A stretch of 39,105 nucleotides of DNA, taken from sequence record MZ375239.1. One strand, given 5' to 3'. Within the stretch, counting starts at the first letter, position 1. Each line of letters starts with the position of its first letter. Shown piece by piece: positions 1 through 8,325 of the stretch. Origin of the DNA: Escherichia phage T7. A program made the translations under genes and the position numbers. Under the pieces are notes generated by a model. That model saw nothing but the letters and a program-made list of their open reading frames with translations. It did no database searches and had not been told where the DNA came from.

Positions 1-160
1 TCTCACAGTGTACGGACCTAAAGTTCCCCCATAGGGGGTACCTAAAGCCCAGCCAATCACCTAAAGTCAACCTTCGGTTGACCTTGAGGGTTCCCTAAGG
101 GTTGGGGATGACCCTTGGGTTTGTCTTTGGGTGTTACCTTGAGTGTCTCTCTGTGTCCCT
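1..160. repeat. Left direct terminal repeat (TR) of T7 genome
   Basis: Bases 1-160 (tctcacagtgtacgg...ctgtgtccct) recur identically at 38946-39105; 160 bp matches the T7 terminal redundancy. Confidence 0.95.
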
Positions 161-345
161 ACCTGTTACAGTCTCCTAAAGTATCCTCCTAAAGTCACCT
201 CCTAACGTCCATCCTAAAGCCAACACCTAAAGCCTACACCTAAAGACCCATCAAGTCAACGCCTATCTTAAAGTTTAAACATAAAGACCAGACCTAAAGA
301 CCAGACCTAAAGACACTACATAAAGACCAGACCTAAAGACGCCTT
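161..345. repeat. Array of short CCTAAAG-type repeats adjacent to left TR (concatemer junction/packaging region)
   Basis: Repeated motifs cctaaag / cataaag / agaccagacctaaagac visible by eye roughly every 10-20 bp. Confidence 0.6.
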
Positions 346-387
346 GTTGTTAGCCATAAAGTGATAACCTTTAATCATTGTCTTTAT

Positions 388-410
388 TAATACAACTCAC
401 TATAAGGAGA
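388..410 (+). promoter_or_regulatory. T7 RNAP promoter phiOL
   Basis: taatacaactcactataaggaga, one mismatch to the class III consensus; +1 at 405 as in the T7 map. Confidence 0.85.
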
Positions 411-461
411 GACAACTTAAAGAGACTTAAAAGATTAATTTAAAATTTATCAAAAAGAGTA

Positions 462-498
462 TTGACTTAAAGTCTAACCTATAGGATACTTACAGCCA
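462..498 (+). promoter_or_regulatory. E. coli sigma70 early promoter A1
   Basis: -35 ttgact (462-467), 17-bp spacer, -10 gatact (485-490), start about 498. Confidence 0.85.
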
Positions 499-588
499 TC
501 GAGAGGGACACGGCGAATAGCCATCCCAATCGACACCGGGGTCAACCGGATAAGTAGACAGCCTGATAAGTCGCACGAAAAACAGGTA

Positions 589-626
589 TTGACAACATGA
601 AGTAACATGCAGTAAGATACAAATCG
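589..626 (+). promoter_or_regulatory. E. coli sigma70 early promoter A2
   Basis: -35 ttgaca (589-594), -10 taagat region, start about 626. Confidence 0.8.
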
Positions 627-703
627 CTAGGTAACACTAGCAGCGTCAACCGGGCGCACAGTGCCTTCTAGGTGACTTAAGCGCACCACGGCACATAAGG
701 TGA

Positions 704-750
704 AACAAAACGGTTGACAACATGAAGTAAACACGGTACGATGTACCACA
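704..750 (+). promoter_or_regulatory. E. coli sigma70 early promoter A3
   Basis: -35 ttgaca (704-709), 17-bp spacer, -10 tacgat (727-732). Confidence 0.8.
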
Positions 751-859
751 TGAAACGACAGTGAGTCACCACACTGAAAGGTGATGCGGTCTAACGAAAC
801 CTGACCTAAGACGCTCTTTAACAATCTGGTAAATAGCTCTTGAGTGCATGACTAGCGGA

Positions 860-895
860 TAACTCAAGGGTATCGCAAGGTGCCCTTTATGATAT
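860..895 (+). promoter_or_regulatory. RNase III processing hairpin R0.3
   Basis: Imperfect hairpin actcaagggtatcgcaaggtgcccttta just upstream of gene 0.3; position matches T7 R0.3. Confidence 0.55.
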
Positions 896-924
896 TCACT
901 AATAACTGCACGAGGTAACACAAG

Positions 925-1278
925 ATGGCTATGTCTAACATGACTTACAACAACGTTTTCGACCACGCTTACGAAATGCTGAAAGAAAACATCCGTTATG
1001 ATGACATCCGTGACACTGATGACCTGCACGATGCTATTCACATGGCTGCCGATAATGCAGTTCCGCACTACTACGCTGACATCTTTAGCGTAATGGCAAG
1101 TGAGGGCATTGACCTTGAGTTCGAAGACTCTGGTCTGATGCCTGACACCAAGGACGTAATCCGCATCCTGCAAGCGCGTATCTATGAGCAATTAACGATT
1201 GACCTCTGGGAAGACGCAGAAGACTTGCTCAATGAATACTTGGAGGAAGTCGAGGAGTACGAGGAGGATGAAGAGTAA
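925..1278 (+). CDS. 0.3: Ocr, DNA-mimic anti-restriction protein (gp0.3)
   Basis: 117-aa ORF, very acidic, sequence [22 protein letters not shown]... recognised as T7 Ocr; same coordinates as T7 reference. Confidence 0.97.
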
Positions 1279-1322
1279 TGTCTACTACCAACGTGCAATA
1301 CGGTCTGAACGCTATCTCATAA
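1278..1322 (+). pseudogene. 0.4: Truncated remnant of gene 0.4 (14 codons; first 10 match gp0.4 [10 protein letters not shown], then out-of-context NAIS-stop)
   Basis: ATG overlapping the 0.3 stop (TAATG); reading frame diverges from gp0.4 after codon 10 at a deletion junction near 1308/1309. Confidence 0.75.
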
Positions 1323-1344
1323 CGAACATAAAGGACACAATGCA

Positions 1345-2424
1345 ATGAACATTACCGACATCATGAACGCTATCGACGCAATCAAAGCACTGCCAATCTG
1401 TGAACTTGACAAGCGTCAAGGTATGCTTATCGACTTACTGGTCGAGATGGTCAACAGCGAGACGTGTGATGGCGAGCTAACCGAACTAAATCAGGCACTT
1501 GAGCATCAAGATTGGTGGACTACCTTGAAGTGTCTCACGGCTGACGCAGGGTTCAAGATGCTCGGTAATGGTCACTTCTCGGCTGCTTATAGTCACCCGC
1601 TGCTACCTAACAGAGTGATTAAGGTGGGCTTTAAGAAAGAGGATTCAGGCGCAGCCTATACCGCATTCTGCCGCATGTATCAGGGTCGTCCTGGTATCCC
1701 TAACGTCTACGATGTACAGCGCCACGCTGGATGCTATACGGTGGTACTTGACGCACTTAAGGATTGCGAGCGTTTCAACAATGATGCCCATTATAAATAC
1801 GCTGAGATTGCAAGCGACATCATTGATTGCAATTCGGATGAGCATGATGAGTTAACTGGATGGGATGGTGAGTTTGTTGAAACTTGTAAACTAATCCGCA
1901 AGTTCTTTGAGGGCATCGCCTCATTCGACATGCATAGCGGGAACATCATGTTCTCAAATGGAGACGTACCATACATCACCGACCCGGTATCATTCTCGCA
2001 GAAGAAAGACGGTGGCGCATTCAGCATCGACCCTGAGGAACTCATCAAGGAAGTCGAGGAAGTCGCACGACAGAAAGAAATTGACCGCGCTAAGGCCCGT
2101 AAAGAACGTCACGAGGGGCGCTTAGAGGCACGCAGATTCAAACGTCGCAACCGCAAGGCACGTAAAGCACACAAAGCTAAGCGCGAAAGAATGCTTGCTG
2201 CGTGGCGATGGGCTGAACGTCAAGAACGGCGTAACCATGAGGTAGCTGTAGATGTACTAGGAAGAACCAATAACGCTATGCTCTGGGTCAACATGTTCTC
2301 TGGGGACTTTAAGGCGCTTGAGGAACGAATCGCGCTGCACTGGCGTAATGCTGACCGGATGGCTATCGCTAATGGTCTTACGCTCAACATTGATAAGCAA
2401 CTTGACGCAATGTTAATGGGCTGA
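1345..2424 (+). CDS. 0.7: Ser/Thr protein kinase and host transcription shutoff protein (gp0.7)
   Basis: 359-aa ORF; length and sequence match T7 gp0.7; basic Arg/Lys-rich C-terminal region. Confidence 0.95.
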
Positions 2425-2429
2425 TAGTC

Positions 2430-2465
2430 TTATCTTACAGGTCATCTGCGGGTGGCCTGAATAGG
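2430..2465 (+). promoter_or_regulatory. RNase III processing hairpin R1
   Basis: Hairpin acaggtcatctgcgggtggcctga between genes 0.7 and 1. Confidence 0.55.
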
Positions 2466-2494
2466 TACGATTTACTAACTGGAAGAGGCACTAA

Positions 2495-5146
2495 ATGAAC
2501 ACGATTAACATCGCTAAGAACGACTTCTCTGACATCGAACTGGCTGCTATCCCGTTCAACACTCTGGCTGACCATTACGGTGAGCGTTTAGCTCGCGAAC
2601 AGTTGGCCCTTGAGCATGAGTCTTACGAGATGGGTGAAGCACGCTTCCGCAAGATGTTTGAGCGTCAACTTAAAGCTGGTGAGGTTGCGGATAACGCTGC
2701 CGCCAAGCCTCTCATCACTACCCTACTCCCTAAGATGATTGCACGCATCAACGACTGGTTTGAGGAAGTGAAAGCTAAGCGCGGCAAGCGCCCGACAGCC
2801 TTCCAGTTCCTGCAAGAAATCAAGCCGGAAGCCGTAGCGTACATCACCATTAAGACCACTCTGGCTTGCCTAACCAGTGCTGACAATACAACCGTTCAGG
2901 CTGTAGCAAGCGCAATCGGTCGGGCCATTGAGGACGAGGCTCGCTTCGGTCGTATCCGTGACCTTGAAGCTAAGCACTTCAAGAAAAACGTTGAGGAACA
3001 ACTCAACAAGCGCGTAGGGCACGTCTACAAGAAAGCATTTATGCGAGTTGTCGAGGCTGACATGCTCTCTAAGGGTCTACTCGGTGGCGAGGCGTGGTCT
3101 TCGTGGCATAAGGAAGACTCTATTCATGTAGGAGTACGCTGCATCGAGATGCTCATTGAGTCAACCGGAATGGTTAGCTTACACCGCCAAAATGCTGGCG
3201 TAGTAGGTCAAGACTCTGAGACTATCGAACTCGCACCTGAATACGCTGAGGCTATCGCAACCCGTGCAGGTGCGCTGGCTGGCATCTCTCCGATGTTCCA
3301 ACCTTGCGTAGTTCCTCCTAAGCCGTGGACTGGCATTACTGGTGGTGGCTATTGGGCTAACGGTCGTCGTCCTCTGGCGCTGGTGCGTACTCACAGTAAG
3401 AAAGCACTGATGCGCTACGAAGACGTTTACATGCCTGAGGTGTACAAAGCGATTAACATTGCGCAAAACACCGCATGGAAAATCAACAAGAAAGTCCTAG
3501 CGGTCGCCAACGTAATCACCAAGTGGAAGCATTGTCCGGTCGAGGACATCCCTGCGATTGAGCGTGAAGAACTCCCGATGAAACCGGAAGACATCGACAT
3601 GAATCCTGAGGCTCTCACCGCGTGGAAACGTGCTGCCGCTGCTGTGTACCGCAAGGACAAGGCTCGCAAGTCTCGCCGTATCAGCCTTGAGTTCATGCTT
3701 GAGCAAGCCAATAAGTTTGCTAACCATAAGGCCATCTGGTTCCCTTACAACATGGACTGGCGCGGTCGTGTTTACGCTGTGTCAATGTTCAACCCGCAAG
3801 GTAACGATATGACCAAAGGACTGCTTACGCTGGCGAAAGGTAAACCAATCGGTAAGGAAGGTTACTACTGGCTGAAAATCCACGGTGCAAACTGTGCGGG
3901 TGTCGATAAGGTTCCGTTCCCTGAGCGCATCAAGTTCATTGAGGAAAACCACGAGAACATCATGGCTTGCGCTAAGTCTCCACTGGAGAACACTTGGTGG
4001 GCTGAGCAAGATTCTCCGTTCTGCTTCCTTGCGTTCTGCTTTGAGTACGCTGGGGTACAGCACCACGGCCTGAGCTATAACTGCTCCCTTCCGCTGGCGT
4101 TTGACGGGTCTTGCTCTGGCATCCAGCACTTCTCCGCGATGCTCCGAGATGAGGTAGGTGGTCGCGCGGTTAACTTGCTTCCTAGTGAAACCGTTCAGGA
4201 CATCTACGGGATTGTTGCTAAGAAAGTCAACGAGATTCTACAAGCAGACGCAATCAATGGGACCGATAACGAAGTAGTTACCGTGACCGATGAGAACACT
4301 GGTGAAATCTCTGAGAAAGTCAAGCTGGGCACTAAGGCACTGGCTGGTCAATGGCTGGCTTACGGTGTTACTCGCAGTGTGACTAAGCGTTCAGTCATGA
4401 CGCTGGCTTACGGGTCCAAAGAGTTCGGCTTCCGTCAACAAGTGCTGGAAGATACCATTCAGCCAGCTATTGATTCCGGCAAGGGTCTGATGTTCACTCA
4501 GCCGAATCAGGCTGCTGGATACATGGCTAAGCTGATTTGGGAATCTGTGAGCGTGACGGTGGTAGCTGCGGTTGAAGCAATGAACTGGCTTAAGTCTGCT
4601 GCTAAGCTGCTGGCTGCTGAGGTCAAAGATAAGAAGACTGGAGAGATTCTTCGCAAGCGTTGCGCTGTGCATTGGGTAACTCCTGATGGTTTCCCTGTGT
4701 GGCAGGAATACAAGAAGCCTATTCAGACGCGCTTGAACCTGATGTTCCTCGGTCAGTTCCGCTTACAGCCTACCATTAACACCAACAAAGATAGCGAGAT
4801 TGATGCACACAAACAGGAGTCTGGTATCGCTCCTAACTTTGTACACAGCCAAGACGGTAGCCACCTTCGTAAGACTGTAGTGTGGGCACACGAGAAGTAC
4901 GGAATCGAATCTTTTGCACTGATTCACGACTCCTTCGGTACCATTCCGGCTGACGCTGCGAACCTGTTCAAAGCAGTGCGCGAAACTATGGTTGACACAT
5001 ATGAGTCTTGTGATGTACTGGCTGATTTCTACGACCAGTTCGCTGACCAGTTGCACGAGTCTCAATTGGACAAAATGCCAGCACTTCCGGCTAAAGGTAA
5101 CTTGAACCTCCGTGACATCTTAGAGTCGGACTTCGCGTTCGCGTAA
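2495..5146 (+). CDS. 1: T7 DNA-directed RNA polymerase (single-subunit)
   Basis: 883-aa ORF beginning MNTINIAKNDFSDIELAAIPFNTLADHYGERLAREQLALEHESYEMGEARF, the canonical T7 RNAP. Confidence 0.99.
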   Translation: MNTINIAKNDFSDIELAAIPFNTLADHYGERLAREQLALEHESYEMGEARFRKMFERQLKAGEVADNAAAKPLITTLLPKMIARINDWFEEVKAKRGKRPTAFQFLQEIKPEAVAYITIKTTLACLTSADNTTVQAVASAIGRAIEDEARFGRIRDLEAKHFKKNVEEQLNKRVGHVYKKAFMRVVEADMLSKGLLGGEAWSSWHKEDSIHVGVRCIEMLIESTGMVSLHRQNAGVVGQDSETIELAPEYAEAIATRAGALAGISPMFQPCVVPPKPWTGITGGGYWANGRRPLALVRTHSKKALMRYEDVYMPEVYKAINIAQNTAWKINKKVLAVANVITKWKHCPVEDIPAIEREELPMKPEDIDMNPEALTAWKRAAAAVYRKDKARKSRRISLEFMLEQANKFANHKAIWFPYNMDWRGRVYAVSMFNPQGNDMTKGLLTLAKGKPIGKEGYYWLKIHGANCAGVDKVPFPERIKFIEENHENIMACAKSPLENTWWAEQDSPFCFLAFCFEYAGVQHHGLSYNCSLPLAFDGSCSGIQHFSAMLRDEVGGRAVNLLPSETVQDIYGIVAKKVNEILQADAINGTDNEVVTVTDENTGEISEKVKLGTKALAGQWLAYGVTRSVTKRSVMTLAYGSKEFGFRQQVLEDTIQPAIDSGKGLMFTQPNQAAGYMAKLIWESVSVTVVAAVEAMNWLKSAAKLLAAEVKDKKTGEILRKRCAVHWVTPDGFPVWQEYKKPIQTRLNLMFLGQFRLQPTINTNKDSEIDAHKQESGIAPNFVHSQDGSHLRKTVVWAHEKYGIESFALIHDSFGTIPADAANLFKAVRETMVDTYESCDVLADFYDQFADQLHESQLDKMPALPAKGNLNLRDILESDFAFA

Positions 5147-5154
5147 CGCCAAAT

Positions 5155-5177
5155 CAATACGACTCACTATAGAGGGA
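5155..5177 (+). promoter_or_regulatory. T7 RNAP promoter phi1.1A
   Basis: caatacgactcactatagaggga; +1 at 5172. Confidence 0.85.
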
Positions 5178-5179
5178 CA

Positions 5180-5215
5180 AACTCAAGGTCATTCGCAAGA
5201 GTGGCCTTTATGATT
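5180..5215 (+). promoter_or_regulatory. RNase III processing hairpin R1.1
   Basis: actcaaggtcattcgcaagagtggccttta, the aaggtc...ggcctt hairpin family. Confidence 0.6.
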
Positions 5216-5229
5216 GACCTTCTTCCGGT

Positions 5230-5252
5230 TAATACGACTCACTATAGGAGAA
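5230..5252 (+). promoter_or_regulatory. T7 RNAP promoter phi1.1B
   Basis: taatacgactcactataggagaa; +1 at 5247. Confidence 0.9.
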
Positions 5253-5330
5253 CCTTAAGGTTTAACTTTAAGACCCTTAAGTGTTAATTAGAGATTTAAA
5301 TTAAAGAATTACTAAGAGAGGACTTTAAGT

Positions 5331-5459
5331 ATGCGTAACTTCGAAAAGATGACCAAACGTTCTAACCGTAATGCTCGTGACTTCGAGGCAACCAAAGGTC
5401 GCAAGTTGAATAAGACTAAGCGTGACCGCTCTCACAAGCGTAGCTGGGAGGGTCAGTAA
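5331..5459 (+). CDS. 1.1: gp1.1, small basic protein of unknown function
   Basis: 42-codon ORF MRNFEKMTKRSNRNARDFEATKGRKLNKTKRDRSHKRSWEGQ; position matches T7 gene 1.1. Confidence 0.8.
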   Translation: MRNFEKMTKRSNRNARDFEATKGRKLNKTKRDRSHKRSWEGQ

Positions 5460-5460
5460 G

Positions 5461-5718
5461 ATGGGACGTTTATATAGTGGTAATCTGGCAGCATTCAAGG
5501 CAGCAACAAACAAGCTGTTCCAGTTAGACTTAGCGGTCATTTATGATGACTGGTATGATGCCTATACAAGAAAAGATTGCATACGGTTACGTATTGAGGA
5601 CAGGAGTGGAAACCTGATTGATACTAGCACCTTCTACCACCACGACGAGGACGTTCTGTTCAATATGTGTACTGATTGGTTGAACCATATGTATGACCAG
5701 TTGAAGGACTGGAAGTAA
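5461..5718 (+). CDS. 1.2: gp1.2, inhibitor of host dGTP triphosphohydrolase
   Basis: 85-aa ORF starting MGRLYSGNLAAFKAATNKLF; matches T7 gp1.2. Confidence 0.88.
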   Translation: MGRLYSGNLAAFKAATNKLFQLDLAVIYDDWYDAYTRKDCIRLRIEDRSGNLIDTSTFYHHDEDVLFNMCTDWLNHMYDQLKDWK

Positions 5719-5738
5719 TACGACTCAGTATAGGGACA
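5716..5738 (+). promoter_or_regulatory. T7 RNAP promoter phi1.3
   Basis: taatacgactcagtatagggaca; +1 at 5733. Confidence 0.85.
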
Positions 5739-5739
5739 A

Positions 5740-5778
5740 TGCTTAAGGTCGCTCTCTAGGAGTGGCCTTAGTCATTTA
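5740..5778 (+). promoter_or_regulatory. RNase III processing hairpin R1.3
   Basis: gcttaaggtcgctctctaggagtggcctta hairpin. Confidence 0.6.
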
Positions 5779-5798
5779 ACCAATAGGAGATAAACATT

Positions 5799-6878
5799 AT
5801 GATGAACATTAAGACTAACCCGTTTAAAGCCGTGTCTTTCGTAGAGTCTGCCATTAAGAAGGCTCTGGATAACGCTGGGTATCTTATCGCTGAAATCAAG
5901 TACGATGGTGTACGCGGGAACATCTGCGTAGACAATACTGCTAACAGTTACTGGCTCTCTCGTGTATCTAAAACGATTCCGGCACTGGAGCACTTAAACG
6001 GGTTTGATGTTCGCTGGAAGCGTCTACTGAACGATGACCGTTGCTTCTACAAAGATGGCTTTATGCTTGATGGGGAACTCATGGTCAAGGGCGTAGACTT
6101 TAACACAGGGTCCGGCCTACTGCGTACCAAATGGACTGACACGAAGAACCAAGAGTTCCATGAAGAGTTATTCGTTGAACCAATCCGTAAGAAAGATAAA
6201 GTTCCCTTTAAGCTGCACACTGGACACCTTCACATAAAACTGTACGCTATCCTCCCGCTGCACATCGTGGAGTCTGGAGAAGACTGTGATGTCATGACGT
6301 TGCTCATGCAGGAACACGTTAAGAACATGCTGCCTCTGCTACAGGAATACTTCCCTGAAATCGAATGGCAAGCGGCTGAATCTTACGAGGTCTACGATAT
6401 GGTAGAACTACAGCAACTGTACGAGCAGAAGCGAGCAGAAGGCCATGAGGGTCTCATTGTGAAAGACCCGATGTGTATCTATAAGCGCGGTAAGAAATCT
6501 GGCTGGTGGAAAATGAAACCTGAGAACGAAGCTGACGGTATCATTCAGGGTCTGGTATGGGGTACAAAAGGTCTGGCTAATGAAGGTAAAGTGATTGGTT
6601 TTGAGGTGCTTCTTGAGAGTGGTCGTTTAGTTAACGCCACGAATATCTCTCGCGCCTTAATGGATGAGTTCACTGAGACAGTAAAAGAGGCCACCCTAAG
6701 TCAATGGGGATTCTTTAGCCCATACGGTATTGGCGACAACGATGCTTGTACTATTAACCCTTACGATGGCTGGGCGTGTCAAATTAGCTACATGGAGGAA
6801 ACACCTGATGGCTCTTTGCGGCACCCATCGTTCGTAATGTTCCGTGGCACCGAGGACAACCCTCAAGAGAAAATGTAA
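5799..6878 (+). CDS. 1.3: ATP-dependent DNA ligase
   Basis: 359-aa ORF with the ligase adenylation motif region AEIKYDGVRG (KxDG); matches T7 gp1.3. Confidence 0.95.
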   Translation: MMNIKTNPFKAVSFVESAIKKALDNAGYLIAEIKYDGVRGNICVDNTANSYWLSRVSKTIPALEHLNGFDVRWKRLLNDDRCFYKDGFMLDGELMVKGVDFNTGSGLLRTKWTDTKNQEFHEELFVEPIRKKDKVPFKLHTGHLHIKLYAILPLHIVESGEDCDVMTLLMQEHVKNMLPLLQEYFPEIEWQAAESYEVYDMVELQQLYEQKRAEGHEGLIVKDPMCIYKRGKKSGWWKMKPENEADGIIQGLVWGTKGLANEGKVIGFEVLLESGRLVNATNISRALMDEFTETVKEATLSQWGFFSPYGIGDNDACTINPYDGWACQISYMEETPDGSLRHPSFVMFRGTEDNPQEKM

Positions 6879-6883
6879 TCACA

Positions 6884-6916
6884 CTGGCTCACCTTCGGGT
6901 GGGCCTTTCTGCGTTT
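6884..6916 (+). terminator. Early terminator TE (rho-independent, E. coli RNAP)
   Basis: GC-rich hairpin ggctcaccttcgggtgggcc followed by tttctgcgttt immediately after the ligase gene. Confidence 0.85.
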
Positions 6917-6928
6917 ATAAGGAGACAC

Positions 6929-6951
6929 TTTTACGACTCACTAAAGGAGGT
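6929..6951 (+). promoter_or_regulatory. T7 RNAP promoter phi1.5 with altered upstream edge (positions -16 and -15 read TT instead of AA)
   Basis: ttttacgactcactaaaggaggt; -14 to +6 intact, upstream AT-rich recognition element changed by the gene 1.4 deletion junction. Confidence 0.6.
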
Positions 6952-6958
6952 ACACACC

Positions 6959-7048
6959 ATGATGTACTTAATGCCATTACTCATCGTCATTGTAGGATGC
7001 CTTGCGCTCCACTGTAGCGATGATGATATGCCAGATGGTCACGCTTAA
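6959..7048 (+). CDS. 1.5: gp1.5, small hydrophobic protein of unknown function
   Basis: 29-codon ORF MMYLMPLLIVIVGCLALHCSDDDMPDGHA; position matches T7 gene 1.5. Confidence 0.7.
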   Translation: MMYLMPLLIVIVGCLALHCSDDDMPDGHA

Positions 7049-7068
7049 TACGACTCACTAAAGGAGAC
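7046..7068 (+). promoter_or_regulatory. T7 RNAP promoter phi1.6
   Basis: taatacgactcactaaaggagac; +1 at 7063. Confidence 0.9.
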
Positions 7069-7073
7069 ACTAT

Positions 7074-7334
7074 ATGTTTCGACTTCATTACAACAAAAGC
7101 GTTAAGAATTTCACGGTTCGCCGTGCTGACCGTTCAATCGTATGTGCGAGCGAGCGCCGAGCTAAGATACCTCTTATTGGTAACACAGTTCCTTTGGCAC
7201 CGAGCGTCCACATCATTATCACCCGTGGTGACTTTGAGAAAGCAATAGACAAGAAACGTCCGGTTCTTAGTGTGGCAGTGACCCGCTTCCCGTTCGTCCG
7301 TCTGTTACTCAAACGAATCAAGGAGGTGTTCTGA
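7074..7334 (+). CDS. 1.6: gp1.6, unknown function
   Basis: 86-aa ORF; matches T7 gene 1.6 length and position. Confidence 0.85.
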
Positions 7335-7916
7335 TGGGACTGTTAGATGGTGAAGCCTGGGAAAAAGAAAACCCGCCAGTACAAGCAACTGGGTGTATAG
7401 CTTGCTTAGAGAAAGATGACCGTTATCCACACACCTGTAACAAAGGAGCTAACGATATGACCGAACGTGAACAAGAGATGATCATTAAGTTGATAGACAA
7501 TAATGAAGGTCGCCCAGATGATTTGAATGGCTGCGGTATTCTCTGCTCCAATGTCCCTTGCCACCTCTGCCCCGCAAATAACGATCAAAAGATAACCTTA
7601 GGTGAAATCCGAGCGATGGACCCACGTAAACCACATCTGAATAAACCTGAGGTAACTCCTACAGATGACCAGCCTTCCGCTGAGACAATCGAAGGTGTCA
7701 CTAAGCCTTCCCACTACATGCTGTTTGACGACATTGAGGCTATCGAAGTGATTGCTCGTTCAATGACCGTTGAGCAGTTCAAGGGATACTGCTTCGGTAA
7801 CATCTTAAAGTACAGACTACGTGCTGGTAAGAAGTCAGAGTTAGCGTACTTAGAGAAAGACCTAGCGAAAGCAGACTTCTATAAAGAACTCTTTGAGAAA
7901 CATAAGGATAAATGTT

Positions 7917-7924
<8 letters not shown>
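7334..7924 (+). CDS. 1.7: gp1.7, nucleoside monophosphate (dGMP/dTMP) kinase
   Basis: 196-aa ORF; start overlaps the 1.6 stop (TGATG); matches T7 gp1.7. Confidence 0.88.
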
Positions 7925-8257
<333 letters not shown>

Positions 8258-8260
<3 letters not shown>

Positions 8261-8280
8261 TACGACTCACTATTAGGGAA
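8258..8280 (+). promoter_or_regulatory. T7 RNAP promoter phi2.5
   Basis: taatacgactcactattagggaa. Confidence 0.85.
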
Positions 8281-8325
8281 GACTCCCTCTGAGAAACCAA
8301 ACGAAACCTAAAGGAGATTAACATT

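Larger units (their letters stand above)
5155..5330 (+). other. Primary origin of DNA replication region (phi1.1A/phi1.1B promoters plus AT-rich segment)
   Basis: Two tandem T7 promoters followed by the AT-rich stretch gtgttaattagagatttaaattaaagaatt; position corresponds to the mapped T7 primary origin. Confidence 0.65.

Noticed and set aside
161-345. End-proximal CCTAAAG repeats as a possible CRISPR-like or iteron array
   Set aside because: The repeats are short (7-10 bp), irregularly spaced and lack unique spacers; they correspond to the known T7 end repeats next to the terminal redundancy.
6959-7048. Possibility that gene 1.5 or 1.6 was also affected by the 1.4 deletion
   Set aside because: Both ORFs are intact with their RBSs, and the phi1.6 promoter is an unaltered consensus; only the upstream edge of phi1.5 is changed.
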